IMG/VR virus record: IMGVR_UViG_3300037418_000264
Coordinates: 4,297 to 68,296 of that record
Direction: 5' to 3' (one strand)
DNA length: 64,000 nucleotides
DNA from: a virus
Shown here in pieces: positions 8,586-16,885 of the stretch. The notes below the pieces were generated by a model. That model ran no database searches and was not told the DNA's origin. It saw only the letters and a program-made list of their open reading frames with translations. The position numbers and the translations under genes are program-made. Position 1 is the first letter of the stretch, and every line of letters starts with the position of its first letter.

Positions 8586-8862
8586 AACAACTCACCCGGG
8601 TTATGGAGTCTGCTCTTGGCCTTTCAAAGTAGGCACAAAGATTAGGTCTATGTATTGGGATGGATTACATTCTTCGGATTACTATAAAGTTCTTAAATAC
8701 GAGGGCGATCGAGTATTCCTAGAGCAACATGGTGTCGAGTACCTCCAAAACTACGGTAAGAATGCTTTTGGTGACTTGAACGACTGGTACTACAGTTCTC
8801 CATTGGAAAGACAGAAGACCGGCTTCGGAAAGTTCGTAACGAGGATCGAAAAGAATGAATAA
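8578..8862 (+). CDS. GF[AG]K[FW]-tail family protein 1 (start uncertain; frame open from 8410)
   Basis: FKVGTKI near the N-terminus; C-terminus RQKTGFGKFVTRIEKNE. Confidence 0.7.
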   Translation: MDKTTHPGYGVCSWPFKVGTKIRSMYWDGLHSSDYYKVLKYEGDRVFLEQHGVEYLQNYGKNAFGDLNDWYYSSPLERQKTGFGKFVTRIEKNE

Positions 8863-9148
8863 GCTTGTCTATTTCGGACCGTCTGGTCTTGGTCAAGTCA
8901 CAATTCACGAAGGCGACTTTGTAGAGTTCAGTAATGGTATGAAGGGAGTTGCAATTTTCTCTCCACAATATTCTGGTGGCATGCCGATCACCTATCGTTG
9001 GGATGAATACGATCACTATCAGTTGTCTAACCCAGATAGTTGTCATTCTGGTTCAACGACTGGATTAGTTAAACATATTCCTGTGGAGTCAAGAATTCGT
9101 ACCCGTAGGGGCTTTGGCGCGTTTGTTCACCGTATTGAGTCGTCATGA
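8855..9148 (+). CDS. GF[AG]K[FW]-tail family protein 2
   Basis: IHEGDFV; C-terminus RTRRGFGAFVHRIESS. Confidence 0.75.
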   Translation: MNKLVYFGPSGLGQVTIHEGDFVEFSNGMKGVAIFSPQYSGGMPITYRWDEYDHYQLSNPDSCHSGSTTGLVKHIPVESRIRTRRGFGAFVHRIESS

Positions 9149-9411
9149 CATTCAGGGTTGGTGATGTCGTAAGCAGAATTGCAAACTACAGCCATGGTGG
9201 TGTCCATCCGGGGCAAACAGTCACTGTCGAGTGGATTTCTGACAATGGTCGGAATCTTCATTTCGTAGAAGACACCACATTGACGTCCGATGGAAGTCGT
9301 TATCTCCATAGTACACAAAACTACCATCTTGTTTCTAGTCGTAAAGAAAAGAAACTCTCTGGTTTCGGTAAGTTTATCAAGAACTTAGAGTCAAGAAAGG
9401 AAACTCAGTGA
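9145..9411 (+). CDS. GF[AG]K[FW]-tail family protein 3
   Basis: MTFRVGDVV; C-terminus KKLSGFGKFIKNLESRKETQ. Confidence 0.75.
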   Translation: MTFRVGDVVSRIANYSHGGVHPGQTVTVEWISDNGRNLHFVEDTTLTSDGSRYLHSTQNYHLVSSRKEKKLSGFGKFIKNLESRKETQ

Positions 9412-9833
9412 CCTCACTCGTACATCCTGTCTCATGGTGGAAGTCAAAAGAATTGACACAATCCGGTCGAGTGTCTTACGTCCTAGTAAGCAATGTCGCC
9501 GACGGTCTTGTCCATTTCTTTGCCCATGACGCCGGTCATCCAGAGGGGAAGCAAGCCTGTACTCGTCTGTTGAGCAAGTGGCACGAGAGGTACGAAGAGG
9601 TCTCGTTTGCTGAAGTTCCGGAGAATTGGGGACGACGTGCTAGCCCTTATGTTCCAAGAGCAGATCGCTTTAGAAATTATTACAACCCGTTCCTGTACTT
9701 GGAAGAACCTGACTTCGTCACTATCCATTCAACAGACTACGTTGGTTACGGAATGTACCGGCATAAGACCGAGATTCCTCCTAAGAAGAAATCTGGGTTC
9801 GCTAAATTTATCAACAAGGTTGAAGGCAAGTAA
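9408..9833 (+). CDS. GF[AG]K[FW]-tail family protein 4
   Basis: GTGA overlap; C-terminus KKKSGFAKFINKVEGK. Confidence 0.75.
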   Translation: MTSLVHPVSWWKSKELTQSGRVSYVLVSNVADGLVHFFAHDAGHPEGKQACTRLLSKWHERYEEVSFAEVPENWGRRASPYVPRADRFRNYYNPFLYLEEPDFVTIHSTDYVGYGMYRHKTEIPPKKKSGFAKFINKVEGK

Positions 9834-9834
9834 C

Positions 9835-10728
9835 ATGGTTTCTTACATTCTTCGTCGTCGTAAATTGGGTCGTACAAGTGCCCGCGAGATTGCTCGTGGC
9901 AGTAGTCAGGGTATCGTCGTCTATCGTAATGATGGAAGGAAGTATAACCACGTGACGAACAAGTACGAACGTATTCCGGGTGGTTTGCCTCATCAAGTCG
10001 ATTACGTCTTCCGTTGGGGTTGTACTTCCGTCGTCAACGGCAATGGTCAGGTTGTCAACAAGTCGGCTGCTATTTCTGCCGTAGGTGACAAGAGGGCTTT
10101 CCGTAAGATGACTGCCGATGCCGGTCTGGCACCAAAAACTTGGTTGTCTGTCAATGAGGAAGGCATTGTCTATCCAGTTGTTCTTCGTCGGAGTACCCAC
10201 GCACAAGGCCGGAATTTGCACGTATGCAATAACATCCAAGAACTTCGCTCCGCCGCTGCGAGGTACGGAGAAGGCAACTACTATATCTCGGCCTTAATCC
10301 AGAAAGTATCGGAGTATCGTGTGGCTGTCGTGTCGGGACGTGTATGTTGGGTAGCCAAGAAGACTCCATCCAATCCGAATGCCGTTGCTTGGAATGTCGC
10401 ACAAGGTGGTCGGTTTGATAACGTTCCGTGGTCTGATTGGCCTCTGAAGGCCGTCAAGGTTGCCATTCAGGCTTTCAAGATGACGGAACTAGACTTCGGC
10501 GGTGTCGATGTCATGCTGGATGCGCAAGGTAATGTTTTCGTCCTTGAAATCAATTCGGCACCTTCCCAGACTTCCCCGTATCGTCAGTCGTGCTTTACGA
10601 AGTGCTTTGACTACATCGTCCAGTTCGGTAAGGACCACATTCCTCTGACCGAAGAACCCGGTGGTTGGAAGAAGTTCATCCATCCTGCCCTAAGCAATGA
10701 GGCGATCCTTGCCCAATCTGAAGTATAA
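9835..10728 (+). CDS. ATP-grasp ligase (RimK/phiEco32-like)
   Basis: RWG, DK, YPVVLR, EYRVAV, WN..QGG, LDFGGVDV and VLEINSAP motifs; ATG 9835 follows the upstream stop. Confidence 0.88.
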   Translation: MVSYILRRRKLGRTSAREIARGSSQGIVVYRNDGRKYNHVTNKYERIPGGLPHQVDYVFRWGCTSVVNGNGQVVNKSAAISAVGDKRAFRKMTADAGLAPKTWLSVNEEGIVYPVVLRRSTHAQGRNLHVCNNIQELRSAAARYGEGNYYISALIQKVSEYRVAVVSGRVCWVAKKTPSNPNAVAWNVAQGGRFDNVPWSDWPLKAVKVAIQAFKMTELDFGGVDVMLDAQGNVFVLEINSAPSQTSPYRQSCFTKCFDYIVQFGKDHIPLTEEPGGWKKFIHPALSNEAILAQSEV

Positions 10729-10960
10729 AGTCGGGGATAAGTGTAAGTTGAACTGCCGTCCTTTTCTTGGTTACAATCATTCCTGTGGACTGGGAGACGG
10801 GAGCATCGTTACACTTCGCAAACCTAATACGAATAACTTCGGTTGGCTTGTCAACGAATTTCCCACTGTCGATTATTATTTTCTTGAGGAATGGTTGATA
10901 CCACTTGAGAAAACAAAATCCGGGTTCGCGAAGTGGATATCAAGACATGACTCAGTTTAA
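10697..10960 (+). CDS. GF[AG]K[FW]-tail family protein 5
   Basis: YKVGDKC; C-terminus KTKSGFAKWISRHDSV. Confidence 0.72.
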   Translation: MRRSLPNLKYKVGDKCKLNCRPFLGYNHSCGLGDGSIVTLRKPNTNNFGWLVNEFPTVDYYFLEEWLIPLEKTKSGFAKWISRHDSV

Positions 10961-11243
10961 AATAGGAGACCGAGTATCTTGGTCACCTCTACAAGAGTAC
11001 GGCCACGCATTCGGTGATGTCACGATAGAAGGATGTATATACGCAGTCTCTCCAATGTTGTCTTGGGAATGGTGGTTTATTGCGGACACACCACATGATT
11101 CACTGACCCACAACGCTCGCGGTCAGTGCCCAAAAGGAAAGCACTCTAGGTATGTCAAGAGTCGGGATTTGATTTTAATAGGTCCTAAACCCAAGTCTGG
11201 TTTTGCAAAATTTATTGAGAGGATAGAGAGTCCAAATGGCTAA
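10947..11243 (+). CDS. GF[AG]K[FW]-tail family protein 6
   Basis: MTQFKIGDRV; C-terminus KPKSGFAKFIERIESPNG. Confidence 0.75.
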   Translation: MTQFKIGDRVSWSPLQEYGHAFGDVTIEGCIYAVSPMLSWEWWFIADTPHDSLTHNARGQCPKGKHSRYVKSRDLILIGPKPKSGFAKFIERIESPNG

Positions 11244-11472
11244 AGACAATTTCGGTAAGTGGCAGGGTGGAGACAATTTCGTCTATTCCCCACAGTGGGC
11301 ATCCGGTCAGTCGCGAGACGGTTCGCAGGGTAAGAAGAAGTATGGTGACGCCGCTATGCGTAAGCGTACCCGCTTCAACCCCAATCCCACGGCTTGTTCA
11401 CATCCGGGTTGCCAGATCAAGGCCCGCAGCAAGCGTGACAAAGAAAACTATCTGAGGAGTAAGTCGGTATGA
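11236..11472 (+). CDS. small basic hypothetical protein
   Basis: Overlaps the upstream stop; Lys/Arg-rich; CSHPGC. Confidence 0.6.
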   Translation: MAKDNFGKWQGGDNFVYSPQWASGQSRDGSQGKKKYGDAAMRKRTRFNPNPTACSHPGCQIKARSKRDKENYLRSKSV

Positions 11473-11617
11473 GTGGAATGTACGTAATCGGTGGTGCAAT
11501 AGGGGGTGCTTGTACCGTCGCCATGATTACCCAACCCGGAGTTGGTTTTGGTGGTGGTCTCCTATTGGCGGCAGTGGTGGTCTTTATTTCGGCAATCATG
11601 GAATATAAAAAATAATC

Positions 11618-13312
11618 ATGACTGAGTTTGTTTTTAAATTTGAAACCAAAGAATTTTCAGTAGAAAAGACTTTTGATCCACGTTACAATCCTATTCTTAG
11701 GATGAACAATGATACTTCCGAAGATCGTAAGAAGATTGTCAAGGCAGTCTTTGAGGATAACGGAGAAGAAATTCTCTCGAATTGGGCCAAGCAATCTGTT
11801 CATGCTGGCCGGTGGATCGAGACTTTTAAATCCCGTTTTCCAAAGGAGAACTGGTACGGTCTCGCCCTATTCAAAGAGTTCTATTTGAACGCCTCAGACG
11901 TCCAGTTCTCTCAGAGGGCTGGTGGTACGTATTCGTGTCGGAAGTACGCCTCTCTGTCTGAACAATTTGTGACAGAGTTTTTGAATGTACTTTCTTCGGA
12001 CTATTCCTTTGCCAAGGCCCTGTCTCCTGTCTCGGGTGTCTTTGGAAGTTTCATAAACTTCGCAACAGGTAAAAACCCAATTACAGGCAGAAAACCTACT
12101 TATCTGTCTGACCTTCTTGAAGCAACAAAAGTAGGGGTTGACTATTCTATTGAAGCTACGACTATTGAAAACAGTCACGGTGTAACTGAACTATCAACCA
12201 TGAGGATTAAAATGCCACTTCTCTACGCCAATCGCAAGGAACTGTACAAGAAGTTTGAGTACAGCACCAATATCATTGATACTGTCGGTTGGTCCCGCCC
12301 GTCTGAAATCGTATCTGAGAGTCTATTTGGTGTCGAACTTGAAGTCTCAACAGACTACTCGGAAGCCAATATCATCGACGCCTTCCCTGAAATCTTCGCC
12401 ATCGTGAAGAAGGACAGCACTATTACCGGAACGAAGTCAAATATGGGTGAGATTGTCACCATTCCTGCCACCCTGCGTACTCATCGCAAGATGTGGATGA
12501 ACTTCTTCAAGAACCTGAACGAAGACATGTTCGATTGTCTGGACAAACATAATAACGGTATGCACGTCCATATCGACCGTGAGACGTTTGACAAAGATAC
12601 GATGCACCTGAAGAAGTTCTGCTGGTTCTTTGCCAATCCGGCTAACCACAAGTTCCTTCAGGACATTTCTGAACGTTCGCAGGACAGCATCAACAAGTTC
12701 GCCAAGTTCGTCTCTGCTCCGAAGATTTCTAAGACCGTCCCCGGTAAAACTGCCGCTGGTCTGTCCTTCGTCAACTCGGACCGTGCACTCCGTCAGTCGG
12801 ACAAACATACCGTCGTCAATCTCGGTAAGTCGGCAACCGTCGAAGTCCGTCTCTTTAAGGGTATCGTCAGCTATGCGAGTATCGTCAAAAACCTCGAATT
12901 CGTTGACTCTCTAGTCGAATTCAGCCGTTGGAACAATTATAAGGACATGAATTTATCTTCTTACATCAAGTGGCTCAAGAAGCTCCATACCACGAAATAC
13001 CGTGTTCTCAAGCTTATCATTGAGGAAATGGACCTCGATGCCATCCTGTTGGAAGCCGAAATCGAAAAGGTCATCAAGGGTTCGGGTCTTAGCACTTCGT
13101 CTATTGCTCTCGAATTGAACAAGATGAACCTGAACAACAAGTTCAGCAAGATTGCTATCAAGTTGTTCAACGGTACCTATGAGGCTTCCGGCAAGACTTT
13201 GGAAAAGGATGATCGTCCGGGTGCACAGTTTGTCGTCGTCGCAAAGGGTACTCGCTTTGCTAAGTACAACGACATCGCTTTTGCGATGCAGAACGGTACG
13301 TATCGCCGTTGA
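11618..13312 (+). CDS. putative amidoligase (Amidoligase_2-type COOH-NH2 ligase) with N-terminal extension
   Basis: FGVELEV, KKDSTI, GEIVTIP, GMHVHI, VNL...TVEVRLFKG motifs. Confidence 0.85.
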   Translation: MTEFVFKFETKEFSVEKTFDPRYNPILRMNNDTSEDRKKIVKAVFEDNGEEILSNWAKQSVHAGRWIETFKSRFPKENWYGLALFKEFYLNASDVQFSQRAGGTYSCRKYASLSEQFVTEFLNVLSSDYSFAKALSPVSGVFGSFINFATGKNPITGRKPTYLSDLLEATKVGVDYSIEATTIENSHGVTELSTMRIKMPLLYANRKELYKKFEYSTNIIDTVGWSRPSEIVSESLFGVELEVSTDYSEANIIDAFPEIFAIVKKDSTITGTKSNMGEIVTIPATLRTHRKMWMNFFKNLNEDMFDCLDKHNNGMHVHIDRETFDKDTMHLKKFCWFFANPANHKFLQDISERSQDSINKFAKFVSAPKISKTVPGKTAAGLSFVNSDRALRQSDKHTVVNLGKSATVEVRLFKGIVSYASIVKNLEFVDSLVEFSRWNNYKDMNLSSYIKWLKKLHTTKYRVLKLIIEEMDLDAILLEAEIEKVIKGSGLSTSSIALELNKMNLNNKFSKIAIKLFNGTYEASGKTLEKDDRPGAQFVVVAKGTRFAKYNDIAFAMQNGTYRR

Positions 13313-13432
13313 GAGTAAGTCTTGTTTTCTTTTCTGGCCAATTTTGGAGGAAATTAGAGCCTCCGTGGATTAAAGGCCGTAGACCAACTATTACCTACCA
13401 ACCCGTAAACTTGCCTTAGAAGGAACGAGATT

Positions 13433-14536
13433 TTGTGTCAATTAATTTGGAAGCCTGCGGGTTTTACAATCCCACGAAACCTGATCGAGAGTACCTGTAT
13501 CGTCAATCCTGACGGCTTCGGCCTGATGTATGGTACGGGATCGGTCGAGAATGGTGAACTTCAGACGTTCAAACTGTACAACGGTGACAACGACCCTGAC
13601 GTTCTATTCCCGATACTAGAAGGTCTACACGACATCAATGCTTTCATCCACTTCCGTTACAGGACCAAGGGTGTGATCAACGAGGCGTCGTGTCATCCGT
13701 TTGTCTGTTATGACAACAATGATCGTAAAGTCGCTTTGATGCATAACGGAACTCTGACGGGATATGGTACGACTGACAAAGTAGATAGTGAAGAGTTTGC
13801 TGAAAAGCTTGTAGGCCCTCTTTATAATCGCTTCCTTCTGTCTGGTGTTCGTCAACCGTTGTCTGACGGTTTCTTCCAAGAGATTGTTCAGAAGTTCATC
13901 GGATCGGAAAGTAAGATTGCTGTGGCCGACAATACCGGTGACTCTGTGATCTTCAACTATGCGAAGGGTGATGTCCGCAAGAACAAAATTGATCGTATAG
14001 ACACAGAGACGGGCGAGGCATTTGAGCAGGAAATTGAGTGGTGGGTGTCAAATACCTATTCATTCAATACTGGACACAGGAAGTCATATAACTACGGGAA
14101 CAGCCACGACTATTCTCAGTATCGTCACGGTAGCCAGAGTGGGGGTACCTCAACAGGAGGTCCCCCCCCTTTTCGTCAGAATGGGACAAGTTCATCAACG
14201 ACTACTCAGACAGAGACGACTATTCAGACTGGTGGTGGGAACAAGTCTACGGACAAGACGACTGGAAAGACCCCAGAGACAAGCGCTTCGGCCACACCGG
14301 AGACTAAGAAAAAGGAGACTGGTAAGGTGCCTCAAAGAACTATGGTCGCGAGCTACTGGCAAGATGTTCTTGGTCTCGATGATATTGATGAGCTTCGTGC
14401 GATGACGAGAGAAAATATCTCTGAGCTTGTCGATCTAGAACCAGAGAATGCCAAGTTGTTTATCAATGACCTATTGATTGAGTTGTTTGAGAACACACCT
14501 TGGGATGACGAAGTTGATGAGGATGAAGACGCATGA
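13433..14536 (+). CDS. class II (Ntn) glutamine amidotransferase with low-complexity C-terminal extension
   Basis: N-terminal Met-Cys (TTG start); NPDGFG, HFRYRTKG, CHPF, MHNG and DSE motifs. Confidence 0.88.
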   Translation: MCQLIWKPAGFTIPRNLIESTCIVNPDGFGLMYGTGSVENGELQTFKLYNGDNDPDVLFPILEGLHDINAFIHFRYRTKGVINEASCHPFVCYDNNDRKVALMHNGTLTGYGTTDKVDSEEFAEKLVGPLYNRFLLSGVRQPLSDGFFQEIVQKFIGSESKIAVADNTGDSVIFNYAKGDVRKNKIDRIDTETGEAFEQEIEWWVSNTYSFNTGHRKSYNYGNSHDYSQYRHGSQSGGTSTGGPPPFRQNGTSSSTTTQTETTIQTGGGNKSTDKTTGKTPETSASATPETKKKETGKVPQRTMVASYWQDVLGLDDIDELRAMTRENISELVDLEPENAKLFINDLLIELFENTPWDDEVDEDEDA

Positions 14537-14841
14537 GCGAGCCTAAAAAAGTAAATCGAGAATTCGCGTGTAAGTACCAAACACTAACCGAAGTCTTAGC
14601 TCATGCTGAGTGGGTCATTGAAAACAATCCCGGTATGACGCTTTCTGACTTCTGTTTTGACACATACCATCCAGACCCATACGAAGACTACGAGTATCCT
14701 TGTATGTCATACGAGACGCCTGAAACTCCCCCTGAAAAACAAAAGCGTCTAGCAGATGAAGCTAAAACTAAGGCAACTCGTGAAGAGTGGGAACGCAAAC
14801 AGTTTGAACAGTTGAAGGCGAAGTATGGCACAGATAACTAG
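14533..14841 (+). CDS. hypothetical protein
   Basis: ATGA overlap; charged helical C-terminus. Confidence 0.65.
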   Translation: MSEPKKVNREFACKYQTLTEVLAHAEWVIENNPGMTLSDFCFDTYHPDPYEDYEYPCMSYETPETPPEKQKRLADEAKTKATREEWERKQFEQLKAKYGTDN

Positions 14842-15430
14842 GCAGGGTGAGTTGGGTTTGTTCTTTTCGTTTGACTTCAAGAAAGTCTTGCAAGATCAGG
14901 CGAAATGGACAAGCGATATTCCTTATTTAAACCAATTTGAAAACCACTACGTCTTTGTCTACGGTACACTGAAACGTGGAATGAGACGGTCTGAAATCCT
15001 GACCAAGAACCAGCAGTGTAAGTTCTGTGGTGTGGCTGTCACAGAGTTCAATGAACTCGATCTTCTATTATTCGTCGATGAGAGTTCGGCGGAGGGTCAC
15101 TTCCCTGTCCTATTTGATCACGTATCGAAGTCAAGGAATGCAAAAGTCAAAGGAGAACTTTGGCTTGTTCCTACTGAGGTTCTTCTACAGCTCGACAAGA
15201 TCGAAGGCAACGGATATATGTTCGAACGTGAGTGGACATCTGTCTGGGTAGGCACAGAGAAGGTACATGCATTCTGTTACTATGGGATCAAGGAATTTTG
15301 GCGTTTCCAGAATTTGATTGACCTTCCTATCATGAAGTCAAATGGCAAGCAATACCACTTCTACCACGGAATGCAAGCAGACAAGTTGGCTTCGATGTGG
15401 AAGAATACAGGATCATTAGAGGCACATTAG
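14825..15430 (+). CDS. gamma-glutamylcyclotransferase (AIG2/GGCT-like)
   Basis: VFVYGTLKRG, VKGELW and LDKIEG motifs. Confidence 0.88.
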   Translation: MAQITRQGELGLFFSFDFKKVLQDQAKWTSDIPYLNQFENHYVFVYGTLKRGMRRSEILTKNQQCKFCGVAVTEFNELDLLLFVDESSAEGHFPVLFDHVSKSRNAKVKGELWLVPTEVLLQLDKIEGNGYMFEREWTSVWVGTEKVHAFCYYGIKEFWRFQNLIDLPIMKSNGKQYHFYHGMQADKLASMWKNTGSLEAH

Positions 15431-15438
15431 GGGTCTAA

Positions 15439-15720
15439 ATGGAAGACCATAACAAGTACATTAAAGTAGGTGACTTTGTCAAGGACCAGACATATGCCTG
15501 GGTCGATTGGTATAGAGTTCATAGTATTGGTAGTGATGACCTCCATGGCAAATACATTCTGATTGAGGTAATTCCTGATCATCCATCTGAGACTAGGTAT
15601 TACTTTAACGTCGAACCAGAACGTCATTTCTTGATCAAGGGTTTCACGGCAGGGAAGCGCGAAAGACCTAAGAGAGGGTTCGGTAAGTGGATTTCTAAGA
15701 TTGAGGGTGAAGATGCCTGA
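15439..15720 (+). CDS. GF[AG]K[FW]-tail family protein 7
   Basis: IKVGDFV; C-terminus RPKRGFGKWISKIEGEDA. Confidence 0.75.
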   Translation: MEDHNKYIKVGDFVKDQTYAWVDWYRVHSIGSDDLHGKYILIEVIPDHPSETRYYFNVEPERHFLIKGFTAGKRERPKRGFGKWISKIEGEDA

Positions 15721-15997
15721 ACCATATTTTGACGTAGGCGACGAAGTCGAAGTACTCCAGAACCATTCGGGTTGGTTCTGGTCAGGGATAGTTGCAGGGA
15801 CGAGAGGTACTGTTCGTGAAGCCAATATTCGTGATGGTGATGCTGAGTACCACATTGACTTCACCATAGGTGGAGACACTTGGGGACAGTACTACGAACA
15901 CCGTCTTGGAATTGTCAAGAGGGCCAAACCACTAGAAAAGAAGCTTTCTGGATTTGCTCGTTTTATCAAAAAGATTGACAACGAAGCGAAAACGTGA
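15713..15997 (+). CDS. GF[AG]K[FW]-tail family protein 8
   Basis: FDVGDEV; C-terminus KKLSGFARFIKKIDNEAKT. Confidence 0.75.
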   Translation: MPEPYFDVGDEVEVLQNHSGWFWSGIVAGTRGTVREANIRDGDAEYHIDFTIGGDTWGQYYEHRLGIVKRAKPLEKKLSGFARFIKKIDNEAKT

Positions 15998-16012
15998 GAT
16001 AATAGATATCCT

Positions 16013-16258
16013 ATGACACATAAATACAAGATTATCGAAATTGAGACAGAACCGAAAGTCTCGGTTTTCAAACTGTATGTGAAGTCCGAAACACCATTTT
16101 GGTGCAGATTTATTGTTTCGATGCCTGCTTGGGAGTTCGCTGGTAACTTTCCTTCAAAGTCTGCTGCCGTGGAGCAAATGAGGATCATTATGAAATACCC
16201 ACGTGAGGTCAATTCCTCGTACTACTACGACACTGGTGTAGAAGACAATATGTGGTAG
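16013..16258 (+). CDS. hypothetical protein
   Basis: ORF in operon orientation. Confidence 0.6.
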   Translation: MTHKYKIIEIETEPKVSVFKLYVKSETPFWCRFIVSMPAWEFAGNFPSKSAAVEQMRIIMKYPREVNSSYYYDTGVEDNMW

Positions 16259-16260
16259 GC

Positions 16261-16360
16261 CCCTACTTATACCTAGGTATAATACTTAAGGTTACTTAGG
16301 TAAGACTTAGTTAACAATAAAAATAGTTAGGTATTATACCTAGGTATTACCTTAGGTATT
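16261..16360. repeat. AT-rich island with palindromes and TAGGTA repeats (candidate origin or regulatory site)
   Basis: 16-bp palindrome TTATACCTAGGTATAA (16267-16282); TTATACCTAGGTAT repeated at 16334; TAGGTA at 16274, 16297, 16328, 16341 and 16353. Confidence 0.65.
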
Positions 16361-16362
16361 AT

Positions 16363-16391
16363 ATTATAACGTCATTTTATGTGTTTGTCAA
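16363..16391 (-). promoter_or_regulatory. perfect sigma70 promoter, antisense to the surrounding genes
   Basis: On the minus strand: TTGACA (16391-16386), 17 bp, TATAAT (16368-16363). Confidence 0.75.
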
Positions 16392-16691
16392 GTGCTTTTT
16401 AAGCACATATCGCCGATAAATCGGCAGAGAAAGATTTTTAGTGTGAGTGCAATTAATTTTAAATTTGATAACGAACCTACGTCTTATATCGAAGACGATT
16501 TTATTGATTATGAATATAACTCAGATAGTAACCTTCGATGCACAGTCTGTAATTGTGTGTCTTCTGCATCTATTTCTGATGATGGCTGGAACGTCACGGG
16601 AAACCGTATGGTGCGGGACAAACGTGACGAAACAAGGATTATCTGTTCTGGGTGCCTCGACGATATCAACAGTTCGTTGGGAGAATTTTGA
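16392..16691 (+). CDS. putative zinc-ribbon protein (start uncertain)
   Basis: CTVC...CSGC pair. Confidence 0.45.
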   Translation: MLFKHISPINRQRKIFSVSAINFKFDNEPTSYIEDDFIDYEYNSDSNLRCTVCNCVSSASISDDGWNVTGNRMVRDKRDETRIICSGCLDDINSSLGEF

Positions 16692-16885
16692 TGTATACCC
16701 TTAAAGCATTTGCCTATGGTGCATCTTGGTTATTGGGAATAATTGCATTGGTTAGTCTATTGATCACAGCTTTTGCTTTCGCGCCAATGTGGTTCCTTTT
16801 TGTAGATGTAGCCTTCGTCTTTATTGTGTTCTCATTGGTAATAGGTTTTGAACACTATTCGGACTACGACAGCCACGGTACATGA
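16691..16885 (+). CDS. small membrane protein
   Basis: TGATG overlap; two hydrophobic helices. Confidence 0.55.
   Translation: MYTLKAFAYGASWLLGIIALVSLLITAFAFAPMWFLFVDVAFVFIVFSLVIGFEHYSDYDSHGT

Noticed and set aside
9607-9834. Long N-terminal extension of the ATP-grasp ORF
   Set aside because: It overlaps tagged gene 4 in another frame; ATG 9835, just after that gene's stop, is the more plausible start.
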